From Flectonema sp. DT1601 (Eukaryota), in the NCBI GenBank assembly GCA_964019425.1, contig OZ025804.1:1054001-1118000 (forward strand): a stretch of 64,000 nt of DNA. Reading direction: 5' to 3'. This document shows, piece by piece, positions 24,637-36,800 of this stretch (position 1 is its first letter; each line of letters starts with the position of its first letter). A model generated the notes under the pieces. That model did not search any database. It was not told where the DNA came from and saw nothing but the letters and a program-made list of their open reading frames with translations. Made by a program: the position numbers and the translations under genes.

Positions 24637-25332
24637 AAAAATTAACCAGTGTTTAGGGGTTTGAATCCCATGGATCCCGTCGCTCAGGCGGTCCGGTGGA
24701 GAACCGGGTAGGGCACTGTGAACGAGTTGCGGTCCAGGTGGCGTCGGAAGGCCACCGCACCAACAGATTTGTTTCTTCGCACAACAGTAGCTTGGAGACC
24801 GTAAGAGACCCAAGGTGGTTCACAACCGCTCGAACAACCGCGTGTGAAGGAACAAGATTGAAAAGAAAAGAATATAAGAAAAGAAATGCCACACACAAAA
24901 AACGACGTAGTAAAACAGAGAGGTAGGGGGAGGGATGGCCTCTTTCTCCACACATTGCATGGGAGCTCCCCGAGTAACTCGCGGGGCTGATACTGTTAAT
25001 ACATTTCAGGCGACCTGAACTTATAATCCCCCCATGCGTGAAAAGACTAAACGGGGGAAGTTTGAAGGAAATGGGGGTAAAGGGAAATCATGCCACTAAG
25101 GAAAAAATAAAAACCCGGTGGCCCCTGTGAGCTCTGGGTGCCTGAGTATCCCGGGCCGGATCACCTGACCTTCTGCTATGTTGTCCTTTTTTTTTAAAGG
25201 TTAGGCTACCGGAAAATAAAACGGGGGTAAAATAATACACAGCAACAACAACAATACGTCAGCACTCTAGTTACACACAAGGTGCATCCAGGTAACACCA
25301 CGAGGAGGCGCGCTGTCCGAGTTTCGTTACCC
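24637..25332 (-). mobile_element. 696-bp non-autonomous retroposon (SINE-like) with a 20-bp TSD
   Basis: TAGTGAGGCGTGAACTTTTA is duplicated at 24617-24636 and 25333-25352. No credible ORF and no TIRs; a ribozyme fold sits at the 5' boundary. Confidence 0.85.
25260..25332 (-). ncRNA. HDV-like (delta-like) self-cleaving ribozyme
   Basis: GGGUAAC GAAACUCGGA CAGCGC GCC UCCUCGU GGU GUUACCU GG AUGCAC-CUU-GUGUGU AACUAGA GUGCUG. P1 7 bp with G1-U wobble, P2 6 bp, P3 3 bp, L3 UCCUCGU, P1.1 CC/GG, P4 hairpin, and J4/2 with the catalytic-position C. Confidence 0.88.
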
Positions 25333-28011
25333 TAGTGAGGCGTGAACTTTTATACAAGAAATAACTTTCAATAGTGGTGAGACTACTAAGACCTGAAAGG
25401 TCGAGAGAAGTGAGTTGTGAATAAAACAAGAAATCCTCTCCAATAGTTGTGACACTACTGAAACCTGAAAGGTCAATAGTAGTGAGGCCTGAACAGGTAG
25501 ACAAGAAACGTTCTTCAATAGCTGTGACACTATTAAGACCCGAAAGGTCAACAGCAGTGAGTTGTGAACAGGAATATAAGAAATCCTTTCCAATAGTTGT
25601 GACACTACTAAGACCTGAAAGGTCAAGAGAAGTGAGTATTGAATAAGACAAGAAATCCTCTCCAATAGTTGTGACACTACTAAGACCTGAAAGGTCAACA
25701 GCAGTGAGTTGTGAACAGGAATATAAGAAATCCTTTCCAATAGTTGTGACACTACTAAGACCTGAAAGGTCAACAGCAGTGAGTTGTGAACAGGAATATA
25801 AGAAATCCTTTCCAATAGTTGTGACACTACTAAGACCTGAAAGGTCAATAGTAGTGAGGCGTGAACTTTTATACAAGAAATAATTTTCAATAGTTGTGAC
25901 ACTACTAAGACCTGAAAGGTCAAGAGAAGTGAGTTGTGAACAGGAATATAAGAAATCCTTTCCAATAGTTGTGACACTACTAAGACCTGAAAGGTCAACA
26001 GCAGTGAGTTGTGAACAGGAATATAAGAAATCCTTTCCAATAGTTGTGACACTACTAAGACCTGAAAGGTCAATAGTAGTGAGGCGTGAACTTTTATACA
26101 AGAAATAACTTTCAATAGTTGTGACACTACTAAGACCTGAAAGGTCAAGAGAAGTGAGTATTGAATAAGACAAGAAATCCTCTCCAATAGTTGTGACACT
26201 ACTAAGACCTGAAAGGTCAACAGCAGTGAGTTGTGAACAGGAATATAAGAAATCCTTTCCAATAGTTGTGACACTACTAAGACCTGAAAGGTCAATAGTA
26301 GTGAGGCGTGAACTTTTATACAAGAAATAATTTTCAATAGTTGTGACACTACTAAGACCTGAAAGGTCAACAGCAGTGAGTTGTGAACAGGAATATAAGA
26401 AATCCTTTCCAATAGTTGTGACACTACTAAGACCTGAAAGGTCAAGAGAAGTGAGTATTGAATAAGACAAGAAATCCTCTCCAATAGTTGTGACACTACT
26501 AAGACCTGAAAGGTCAACAGCAGTGAGTTGTGAACAGGAATATAAGAAATCCTTTCCAATAGTTGTGACACTACTAAGACCTGAAAGGTCAATAGTAGTG
26601 AGGCGTGAACTTTTATACAAGAAATAATTTTCAATAGTTGTGACACTACTAAGACCTGAAAGGTCAACAGCAGTGAGTTGTGAACAGGAATATAAGAAAT
26701 CCTTTCCAATAGTTGTGACACTACTAAGACCTGAAAGGTCAATAGTAGTGAGGCGTGAACTTTTATACAAGAAATAATTTTCAATAGTTGTGACACTACT
26801 AAGACCTGAAAGGTCAAGAGAAGTGAGTTGTGAACAGGAAAGCAAGAAGCTATCTCCAATAGTTGTGCGACTACTAAGACCAGAAAGGTCAAGAGAAGTG
26901 ACAGAACATCTCCGCATGAAGTTTTGTGAGATGATTGTGATGTCGGAATTTGAATTGCGGAAAGAAATCCGTTCGGCGACAGAAGGCAGCATATCATTAC
27001 TAACACTGAGGCAACCATCTTCTGAGAATGTAGGGGTGTCTAGGTTTAAGTATTCCTCATTGTGGTTTCCAAGCCATTGAAGCAGCTTCTCCCGCTTCGA
27101 TTCATCAACAAACCAGCATTTACCAAATAACTGAAACAACTTCTTCCGCATTTCCATCTCGCTGTCTGCACCCAATCCATGATCTGCCAGACGCTCAGTT
27201 TCGTCAAGGGTGTCACCAGCGAACGAGAGTTCAACTTCCTCCGGATCGACATCCCACTCAACAGCCGCCCCCTTCAACACGTCGCTCACAAGGGAATCAA
27301 CACCAACTGTGACTGACACAGCAGCGAGTTCCAATTCAGGGAATGTCACAAAAACCTGCATTGTTTTGAGTGATCTGCTGAAACAAAAGAAAGGAACGTT
27401 AAATGCCATGCAGTAACAACAGTTCACACACTTTATCAAGAGAGTGCCCAGACTCAATGCGTAGCAATCAACTGTGAATGAAATAAGGTTCATAATTAGT
27501 CTTAGCAGTCACTATCACTATATTTGTAAAATACAACTGTTTTGTATCGTATTAATATAATTTAGGTTTCGAGAGTAATCCATGTGCCTCTTTACCTCCA
27601 TACTCTCATCATCAGTTATGGTGTAGCAGTAAGTCACTTAATTATTTAGATCGAATCACCCACTAATTAATAATTGATTAGTTAAGCAACAACGTCTTGA
27701 AAAACCCAACCACATAGCCATGGAGGGTTTGAATAATTTAACATCTGTTAAAGTGAAGTATAGTTATACATAACTTCGACTTGTTACGATACGTCTCCCA
27801 AGTTAATCAACTCATACAACATCAGTATCCACATCAATGTTGGTTCAAAGAAAAGAACTGTTTTCCGATTTTTACATCCCCAAAACTATTATTCCCTTCC
27901 CTTTCCTTCAAACACCTCATTACCTGTGGGGTGGCACTAAAATGAATAGATTGAGGGAATCATATTTTTATACAATCAACTTCATAGTATTACACTTTTA
28001 ACAAAAAAACA

Positions 28012-28074
28012 TTAATTAAAACAACAACACAAATATTTAAGAATCGATTCACCACTTCTCTTTTTATAACACTG
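28012..28074 (-). pseudogene. UBL-LRR remnant (only QCYKKRSGESILKYLCCCFN* remains)
   Basis: The family 5' leader (..ccttcttgtca) is joined directly to the last 20 codons; the whole UBL and LRR body is deleted. Confidence 0.85.
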
Positions 28075-28806
28075 ACAAGAAGGAAAGTTAAATGCCGTGC
28101 AGTAACAACAGTTCACACACTTTATCAAGAGAGAGAGAGAGAGAGACAAACACGGTCGGAGAGTTTCCGCATCAGGTGCTTGAGAAAATAAGAGAGAGAG
28201 GGAGGGAAACGAGCGATAGTTGTTCGAGTGAACACTCACAAGTATTGTGAGCAGCAGAAGATCAAAGAAAACAGTCGGTGTGTTTGACAGAGAGGACAAC
28301 GGACTAAATACAAAAACAGTGGTGCTCACCGCACCTCACCGAGGAATCAATCAATGATCCCCTCGTCTCACCAACCGACTGCAAATAGTGGAAGCTGTCA
28401 ACATCACTCAATTTGAACAAATATCTCAATTTCAGAATAAAAAGAAATGCGATTTTTGGAAGCAAATCCGAATAAATAAATTCAAAATAAAGAGAAAAAA
28501 AAAAGAAATCTTTTTTATTACCCGAAAAGCAGGCAATCGATTGCACTGCACAGGCTGTTACGGGAAACTCAACATTCTGAGTCCGTTAGTTGAATAGAAT
28601 TAATTTTGAACAACAATGAAATCAGACGGATGTCTGTACTGTTGTTGAATGCTGGTAGTGGGTGTCAGCAGGCAGATCTGTTCGGTGTTTCCTCGATTGA
28701 TTTTGGTGCTTAAATGAAAAATAAAAAACCTGTTTTCCCAGAATCGATGGTTAAAAGAAGAGGTCAGCTCACTTCATCATTCGAAATCCCCTTCTCATTT
28801 CACATT

Positions 28807-28968
28807 TTAACGGTAGTTCTTGCCGCACTCTCCGCAGTTCGCGGCGTTGCCAGACGGGGTCGGGTTCCCGCTTCCCACGTTTCTCTTACACCCAGAACAC
28901 ATCGCCGTGCCACAGTTCTTGCAGCTGATGGTCGAGCTGGTTCCACATCCTGATGCCCACTTGCACAT
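28807..28968 (-). CDS. 53-aa 8-Cys microprotein (copy B)
   Basis: Same protein as 5338-5499, with one synonymous change (TCG>TCT). Confidence 0.7.
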   Translation of the reverse strand: MCKWASGCGTSSTISCKNCGTAMCSGCKRNVGSGNPTPSGNAANCGECGKNYR

Positions 28969-29743
28969 TTTGTTTTCTCGGGGGTGGTACTGGGTCTTGG
29001 GATGCTGTTGAGGGAAGTGAACGAGAGATGAAAAAGGTTTGAACAGCGCTTCACCACACACATTATCAAGAGAGAGAGAGAGACAAACACGGTCGGAGAG
29101 TTTCCGCATCAGGTGCTTGAGAAGATAAGAGAGAGAGGGAGGGAAACGAGCGATAGTTGTTCGAGTGAACACTCACAAGTATTGTGAGCAGCAGAAGATC
29201 AAAGAAAACAGTCGGTGTGTTTGACAGAGAGGACAACGGACTAAATACAAAAACAGTGGTGCTCACCGCACCTCACCGAGGAATCAATCAATGATCCCCT
29301 CGTCTCACCAACCGACTGCAAATAGTGGAAGCTGTCAACATCACTCAATTTGAACAAATATCTCAATTTCAGAATAAAAAGAAATGCGATTTTTGGAAGC
29401 AAATCCGAATAAATAAATTCAAAATAAAGAGAAAAAAAAAAGAAATCTTTTTTATTACCCGAAAAGCAGGCAATCGATTGCACTGCACAGGCTGTTACGG
29501 GAAACTCAACATTCTGAGTCCGTTAGTTGAATAGAATTAATTTTGAACAACAATGAAATCAGACGGATGTCTGTACTGTTGTTGAATGCTGGTAGTGGGT
29601 GTCAGCAGGCAGATCTGTTCAGTGTTTCCTCGATTGATTTTGGTGCTTAAATGAAAAATAAAAAATCTGTTTTTCCAGAATCGATGGTTAAAAGAAGAGG
29701 TCAGCTCACTTCATCATTCGAAATCCCCTTCTCATTTCACATT

Positions 29744-29905
29744 TTAACGGTAGTTCTTGCCGCACTCTCCGCAGTTCGCGGCGTTGCCAGACGGGGTCGG
29801 GTTCCCGCTTCCCACGTTTCTCTTACACCCCGAACACATCGCCGTGCCACAGTTCTTGCAGCTGATGGTCGAGCTGGTTCCACATCCTGATGCCCACTTG
29901 CACAT
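29744..29905 (-). CDS. 53-aa 8-Cys microprotein (copy C)
   Basis: Same protein as 5338-5499. Confidence 0.7.
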   Translation of the reverse strand: MCKWASGCGTSSTISCKNCGTAMCSGCKRNVGSGNPTPSGNAANCGECGKNYR

Positions 29906-30810
29906 TTTGTTTTCTCGGGGGTGGTACTGAGTCTTGGGATGCTGTTGAGGGAGGTGAACGAGAGATGAAAAACGTTTGAATCGTCTTAACTGATCTCCAC
30001 AGTGTAAATTTGAGAAGAGAAAAGAGAAAAAAAACAGATTACGAAAATGAATGAATGCGTTAGTTCAGTAAAGGTAATTGAAAATAAGTAAGGCAAAGAA
30101 ACAATTAAATTAAATAATAATAAAGGTAAACAGGGGGAAGATGAAGTGAAATGATTGGTTGTGTATGGGATGACGCGGGCGATAGCAGGCAAATAAATAA
30201 AAAAATTAAATGAAAAGCTTGAAATAATTTCATACTACTTTGAGTATCCAAGGATTCCAATAGTTATTTCATTTTTTTAGTTTTGTAGTCACACCGATAA
30301 TTTATAATAGCGATGAGTTTTAAAAAAAAAAAAAAAAAAAAAAAAATCGAGGGTGAGCAGGAAGACTGCACATCGACAAGAAGTGTAAATAAGGCGGCAA
30401 AATACAACTACTAAAAATTAAAAATATAAAGCAACCAAGACCACCTAGAAATTGAAACAAAATAAAGTTATTTTACTTTTCGATATTAGGCGGTGACTAA
30501 TAAAAATAAAAGCACACCGTATAAAAAGTTCTAATTAAGAATAGATTGCCCAAAGTAAACGTATTTCTTACCTCCGATAAATTTCATACTTCTTTTGAAT
30601 AAAGAAGACCTTCACGTGTCAACAGGAAGGTAAGTGTAAGAAGTTACGAGGAGGGGGGAGGGTTGGTTTTGTTTTTTTTAAAAAAAAAAAAAGAAATAAA
30701 GAACCATACAAATAAAGAACATTACCTGAAATTATGAAAAACAGAATTCACAGAAATGTAACTTGTCGTTGTTGTTTTTTTTTATATACCAACAAACGTC
30801 TTCTTGAATA

Positions 30811-33800
30811 TTAATAATATTTCACCACAGCTTCTTTCCATTGCTGATCAAAGGCATCTCCTGCTAAGCCTCGTCCCAACTTACAAAAGATGCGACATTG
30901 TCTTGCGCCCCACTGGATGTTATCAATGTTGTCCTGGGCATCTTTGTCAGAAATTCCTGCAGTTGTAGTTATTCCCTCAGGTTTAAGATGACAGAACATG
31001 TAGGCTGCCTTCACCATGTCTCCCTCAATTGATTCAGTTTTTGCTTCTTTGCGAGTAAACCTATGATTATCACCAATTCCCATGTCTGCCTTAAGATTTT
31101 CAATAACATATTCATTCAGTTCTCCGATTACAGTTTCTTCTTTCGGCGCGTGTTTGCGAAGGATTTCACGAAGAACTTCTGAACCTGGTTCGTGTTGAGT
31201 GTTGTCACCTGCGATGATGCCTTGCCATTTGAATGGTCGATGGAAAGAAGCAGCTCTCTCAGGTGGTTGTTCCATTGGACCTGGTGGTTCATCTTCGACA
31301 GTACCATCTTCCCATTCGAACTCATCTTCACGTGATAACCCGCCTCTCAACACAAACAGTTTTGATAATAAAGTTAATCGATCGAAATTTGGTAAAGTTG
31401 ATGCGTGTGTCACCATTCTAGTGATAGCCAATTTCGCTTCTTCAGCTTCCACGGGAACTTCTCCCGAGACATTCGATTTTCTAAAACGCTGAACCGCACT
31501 AGCGACTCTCTTCCTCGTTTCTTTTGCTTTGCTGCTAATCGTTTGACGTATCTTTTGAATTACTTCACCTGCTTTCTTTAAACCTTCCACAGCTAAGAAA
31601 TATCCAAATAAAAGCATAACCGACAACGTTGCTATCGCCAACAAGAGTGTCAAAGCCATTTCATACAAGGGTTCCAAGTCCTCGTACAGTAATGAAAGGT
31701 TTAGTGTTGCGATGATTATTGATAAAGAGAAGGCTTCTAAGTTGATGAGTAGATCAGAATCGTACGGCCGACACCAAAGATGAACGATTAGAGCTAGGGT
31801 AACAACCCACATTCCTACATAAGTTTGAACTTTTGCATTTTGAATAAAGACTACTATAAAAACAACAGCTAGTTTTCTAACCATGACGACTGCTTCCCAA
31901 TACCATCGTTCTTGTCTGTATCCCATTAGTAAGAATCCAAATGCACGAGATGCGCTTTCAAAGTTTTTCCTCATGATCGCAACTCTTACTATCGCTGCTG
32001 CCAATAGGGGGATTCCGAAACCGTATCCAAGAGCAAATATAATAGCCAACATTCGGTAGTACTGGTATTCTTTTTCTCCACAATTAATTCCCTTGTCAAT
32101 TGCAAGAAACCTTTCAGTTCTTCCTGTACCAGGTTTTCTTGCTGCTACACCTGGCCTAGCTGAGTCAGGCCATCTGTGAGGCACATCACTCTCGTAATGA
32201 ATTTCTTCACATCGAAGCATCTGCGAAGATTCCTGTTGTGTTATGAGAGTTGTCTTTAAGTAGTTTAGATAAGGTTTGAAGGTAGCTGTGGGGGGGTTCT
32301 TTTATATTATTTTATTTTTATTTTTATTTTATTAAAAAAAGTATTCGTGACGAGTGTATCTCGGACGTACTTTTTATACACTAACAAATCATGTGTTGTT
32401 GTGTACACTTGCGCATTCCTTTTTCGTTTTTTTTTTTTTTTTCTTGTACCGACGTAGACGGAGAAGAAACTATCTACGTTCAACGAAATACAAGGCTAAT
32501 GTGAATGGTTTTGTTGTGTATTTCCCCTCCACCTTCAGAGTATTCCCTGCGGGGTATTATAACACAAAACGATAATCTGACATCCCAACGGGGGGTAATT
32601 TGATAGGTGTGGTTGTCGTTTCTGCGCGTCACACAATTCTCGAGTGTATCTCGGACGTACTTTTTATACACTAACAAATCATTTGTTGTTGTGTACACTT
32701 GCGCATTCCTTTTTCGCTTTTGTTTTTTTTTGTTGTTGTTGTTGTTGTTGTTGTGTATTTCCCCTCCACCCTCAGAGTATTCTCTGCGGGGTATTATAAC
32801 ACAACAACGATAATCTGACATCCCCCAATGGATATATAATGAACTTTGTGATGATTTTACTTACCGAGGACGTGGTTGTCGTTTTGTTATTTCCATTCTG
32901 TGCGTCACCTTAGCCACACAATTCTCGAGTGTATCTCGGACGTACTTTTTATACACTAACAAATCATGTGTTGTTGTGTACACTTGCGCATTCCTTTTTC
33001 GTTTTTTTTTTTTTTTTCTTGTACCGACGTAGACGGAGAAGAAACTATCTACGTTCAACGAAATACAAGGCTAATGTGTGTATTTCCCCTCCACCTTCAG
33101 AGTATTCCCTGCGGGGTATTATAACACAAAACGATAATCTGACATCCCAACGGGGGGTAATTCGATAGGTGTGGTTGTCGTTTCTGCGCGTCACACAATT
33201 CTCGAGTGTATCTCGGACGTACTTTTTATACACTAACAAATCATGTGTTGTTGTGTACACTTGCGCATTCCTTTTTCGTTTTTTTTTTTTTTTTCTTGTA
33301 CCGACGTAGACGGAGAAGAAACTATCTACGTTCAACGAAATACAAGGCTAATGTGTGTATTTCCCCTCCACCTTCAGAGTATTCCCTGCGGGGTATTATA
33401 ACACAACAACGATAATCTGACATCCCAACGGGGGGTAATTCGATAGGTGTGGTTGTCGTTTCTGCGCGTCACACAATTCTCGAGTGTATCTCGGACGTAC
33501 TTTTTATACACTAACAAATCATTTGTTGTTGTGTACACTTGCGCATTCCTTCAACCCAAGTTTGATAAAACAAAAGTTCCAACAAAAACATACCTGAATT
33601 AGATTAGGATACACGAAATAGAGAACAATAATGAAGGCGAGAAGCCAAGTTTGAAGCATTCCTCGACCTCTTTCCAGTCTCCGTCTTTGAACTTCAGTAA
33701 GAGAACCCCTGCGAGCAGCAATATCATCGAGAGATTCACCTCTAGACACGAGTGAGCTGTGAGGTTGTTATTATAACTGAATTACTGAAGTCTGATAGAT

Positions 33801-36800
33801 ATAAATAAAAGGCAACTCGTCACAAGGAGGTTTCTTATCGCAGATGACGGAAGAACAAGAATATGATCAGTGGTACCTACTTTTAATAAAAGCGAGATCA
33901 GCTCAGACAGATCTCGCTGATTGTTGGTCCTAGTCAAGACCTTAAACTGATTATACACTCTAAAAAAAGAATAAGAGTGAATGTAAAAAGAAGTAATTGT
34001 TTGTTTTTTTTTTTCTTGTTTTTTTTTTCAACCAGGACAGCAGGGGGAAAGTTTGTTTCGTACCACTCCATTTTGTCCGATTGAAGCCCTCAAATCATCA
34101 GGCAACAACGAGTGATATAAACAAATAAAAATTATCATCCTGTCAGCGAAAAACTTTTTAGGCAATCAACAGACAGCAAAAACAGATATCATGAGGCTGT
34201 CATTTCCTCTCCACTTACGAAAACTGCCTGACAGAAGTTGTTCGGTGGAAAGGGCGGACATGGAAGTTGGCATGCTGGATTTATCCTCCAACGCCAGAGG
34301 CTGTTGAAGACCGACGAGGCTGAACAGCAGAAGAACAAGAATATGATCAGTGGTAACTCCATTTTGTCCGATTGAAGCCCTCAAATCATCAGGCAACAAC
34401 GAGTGATATAAACAAATAAAAATTATCATCCTGTCAACGAAAGACTTTTTAGGCAACCAACAGACAGCAAAAACAGATATCATGAGGCTGCCATTTCCTC
34501 TACGAAAACTGCCTGACCTGAAGTTGTTCGGTGGAAAGGGCGGACATGGAAGTTGGCATGCTGGATTTATCCTCCAACGCCAGAGGCTGTTGAAGACCGA
34601 CGAGGCTGAACAGAAGAAGAACAAGAATATGATCAGTGGTAACTCCATTTTGTCCGATTGAAGCCCTCAAATCATCAGGCAACAACGAGTGATATAAACA
34701 AATAAAAATTATCATCCTGTCAACGAAAAACTTTTTAGGCAATCAACAGACAGCAAAAACAGATATCATGAGGCTGTCATTTCCTCTCCACTTACGAAAA
34801 CTGCCTGACAGAAGTTGTTCGGTGGAAAGGGCGGACATGGAAGTTGGCATGCTGGATTTATCCTCCAACGCCAGAGGCTGTTGAAGACCGACGAGGCTGA
34901 ACAGCAGAAGAACAAGAATGTGATCAGTGGTAACTCCATTTTGTCCGATTGAAGCCCTCAAATCATCAGGCAACAACGAGTGATATAAACAAATAAAAAT
35001 TATCATCCTGTCAACGAAAAACTTTTTAGGCAATCAACAGACAGCAAAAACAGATATCATGAGGCTGTCATTTCCTCTCCACTTACGAAAACTGCCTGAC
35101 AGAAGTTGTTCGGTGGAAAGGGCGGACATGGAAGTTGGCATGCTGGATTTATCCTCCAACGCCAGAGGCTGTTGAAGACCGACGAGGCTGAACAGCAGAA
35201 GAACAAGAATATGATCAGTGGTAACTCCATTTTGTCCGATTGAAGCCCTCAAATCATCAGGCAACAACGAGTGATATAAACAAATAAAAATTATCATCCC
35301 GTCAACGAAAAACTTTTCAGGCAACGAACAGACAGCAAAAACAGACATCATGAGGCTGCTATTTCCTCTGCGAAAACTGGCGATGGAGTTGACCGAAGGT
35401 GGCGGACATGGAACTGGATTTACCCTCCAACGCCAGAGGCTGTTGAAGACCGACGAGGCTGAACAGCAGAAGAACAAGAATGTGATCAGTGGTAACTCCA
35501 TTTTGTCCGATTGAAGCCCTCAAATCATCAGGCAACAACGAGTGATATAAACAAATAAAAATTATCATCCTGTCAACGAGGAGTCAACAAAACTGGTTCT
35601 GCGTAACAAATAAAATAAAAGTACACACTCAAATGGATCTTCAAGGGTCCTCTTTTTAACTTTCTTTGGTTCAGCTTCCCAAGGTTTGTTAATCTTTGAT
35701 TTGAATGCGGGTTTTGCTACTTTCGGTTTTTTAATTTCGATGCCTTCGTTGGGTTTGACTTCCTCGACTGGCAAGTCTTCAGCTTCTTCTTCTGAAGACG
35801 AGGACACATTGTCAGGACGAACTTGAGCAAGTGCTCTTGGTTGCATATCATCGTCACTCGACTCAGAATCACTATCTTCTTCATCATCAATCGCCTTAGC
35901 AATTCCATAATAGTTTCTCTTTAGTCCTTTGTTAGCAAGTCTGATCTTTCTTTTTCGCTCTGCTTCTGCTTCTTTTCTCTTTAATTCCATAGCGTCTTCA
36001 ACCATTCGGATATGAACGATTCCGAAAGCAACTAATAAACTGAACCCGATAATACCGAGAGGGACAAACATGTATCCGAGAAACTTTGGGTATTGCGACA
36101 TACCTCCTCCACCTTTATTGTTGGTTGTGTATATTTTATTATTATAAAACATCCAAGAAAGGAGGGGGGGGAAAGGGGGAAAACATACTCGCGCAATCCA
36201 GTGAAACCGTATTAATCGAGGCCGACGACGCACTATCCTGCACTGAGTATATACTCTTAAGTAATGCAGGAAATTGAGTACCGAAGTCACCGACACGCGA
36301 TGATATTTGAAGATGGGTAATTAACATTTTTATCAAAATAGGCATGTTCTTTTCTTTTCTACCCTTGATCTTTAAATTACTTCTAACGACTGCTACGAGA
36401 CCGATGCAAACAGCGAGTATGACCACTGTGATAAGGAGACTCGTCTGTTGTTGTTGTTGTCGTTTTTTTCTTGTCATCTTCAAAGAAAAAAAGGGGAAAA
36501 ACAAGAAGAAAAAATAATCTACAAACCTCTTCAGATTTTGGACACAAGATGCACTTTCCACCGCTATTTCCGTAACCTTCTTTGCAAACAGAACATTCAA
36601 CCCCCTTGTGTCCCTCAGCACAAGGATTGTCACACGCTGTGACATTGCAGACCGTATCAGAGAGACAAGGTGAATTCGCAGGAGCACACGGATAAAAAGT
36701 AGTAGTCAAATTAGTAGCCCTCCAGTGATTAGGAGCACCCTTAATATGAATAGTTCCATTACACAACGCATTAGGAGGGCATGGTTTGCATTGTTCTGAA

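Larger units (their letters stand above)
24216..27361 (-). pseudogene. UBL-LRR-CCCFN gene copy 4 (25 LRR modules) interrupted by a retroposon
   Basis: The frame reads from 27361 into the insert and stops at 25271. The remaining LRRs and the CCCFN end lie at 24216-24636. Removing the insert plus one TSD copy restores the module KSSRLTTIDL. Confidence 0.85.
28122..30068. repeat. Tandem duplication of a ~940-bp unit (microprotein gene + downstream spacer); third copy at ~4634-5660
   Basis: Near-identical sequence. The ORF track repeats with a 937-bp offset (28714/29651, 28388/29325). Confidence 0.95.

Noticed and set aside
24650..24675. tRNA T-arm-like GGGGTTTGAATCCC
   Set aside because: No acceptor, D or anticodon arms can be built around it.
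24631..25330. Retroposon removed as an intron (GG|GTAACG donor, TAAAAG acceptor in the TSD)
   Set aside because: The join is out of frame and reaches TGA within 7 codons.
25360..26900. CRISPR-like pattern: ~36-bp hairpin repeat alternating with ~36-39-bp variable segments
   Set aside because: The period is 72/75 bp and in frame within an LRR ORF, the 'spacers' recur and are homologous to each other, there are no cas genes, and the context is eukaryotic.
25327..27018. 563-aa alternative-frame ORF and the many antisense RPERS ORFs over the LRR genes
   Set aside because: Shadow ORFs expected from stop-free tandem repeats whose period is divisible by 3.
34346..34395. CTGATGA in the 291-bp unit as a hammerhead core or C/D snoRNA (TGATGA...CTGA)
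   Set aside because: No GAAA after the putative stem II. The C-to-D span is only ~45 nt with no terminal stem, and the weak complementarity to SSU rRNA GGUAAUUCCA is too short to trust.
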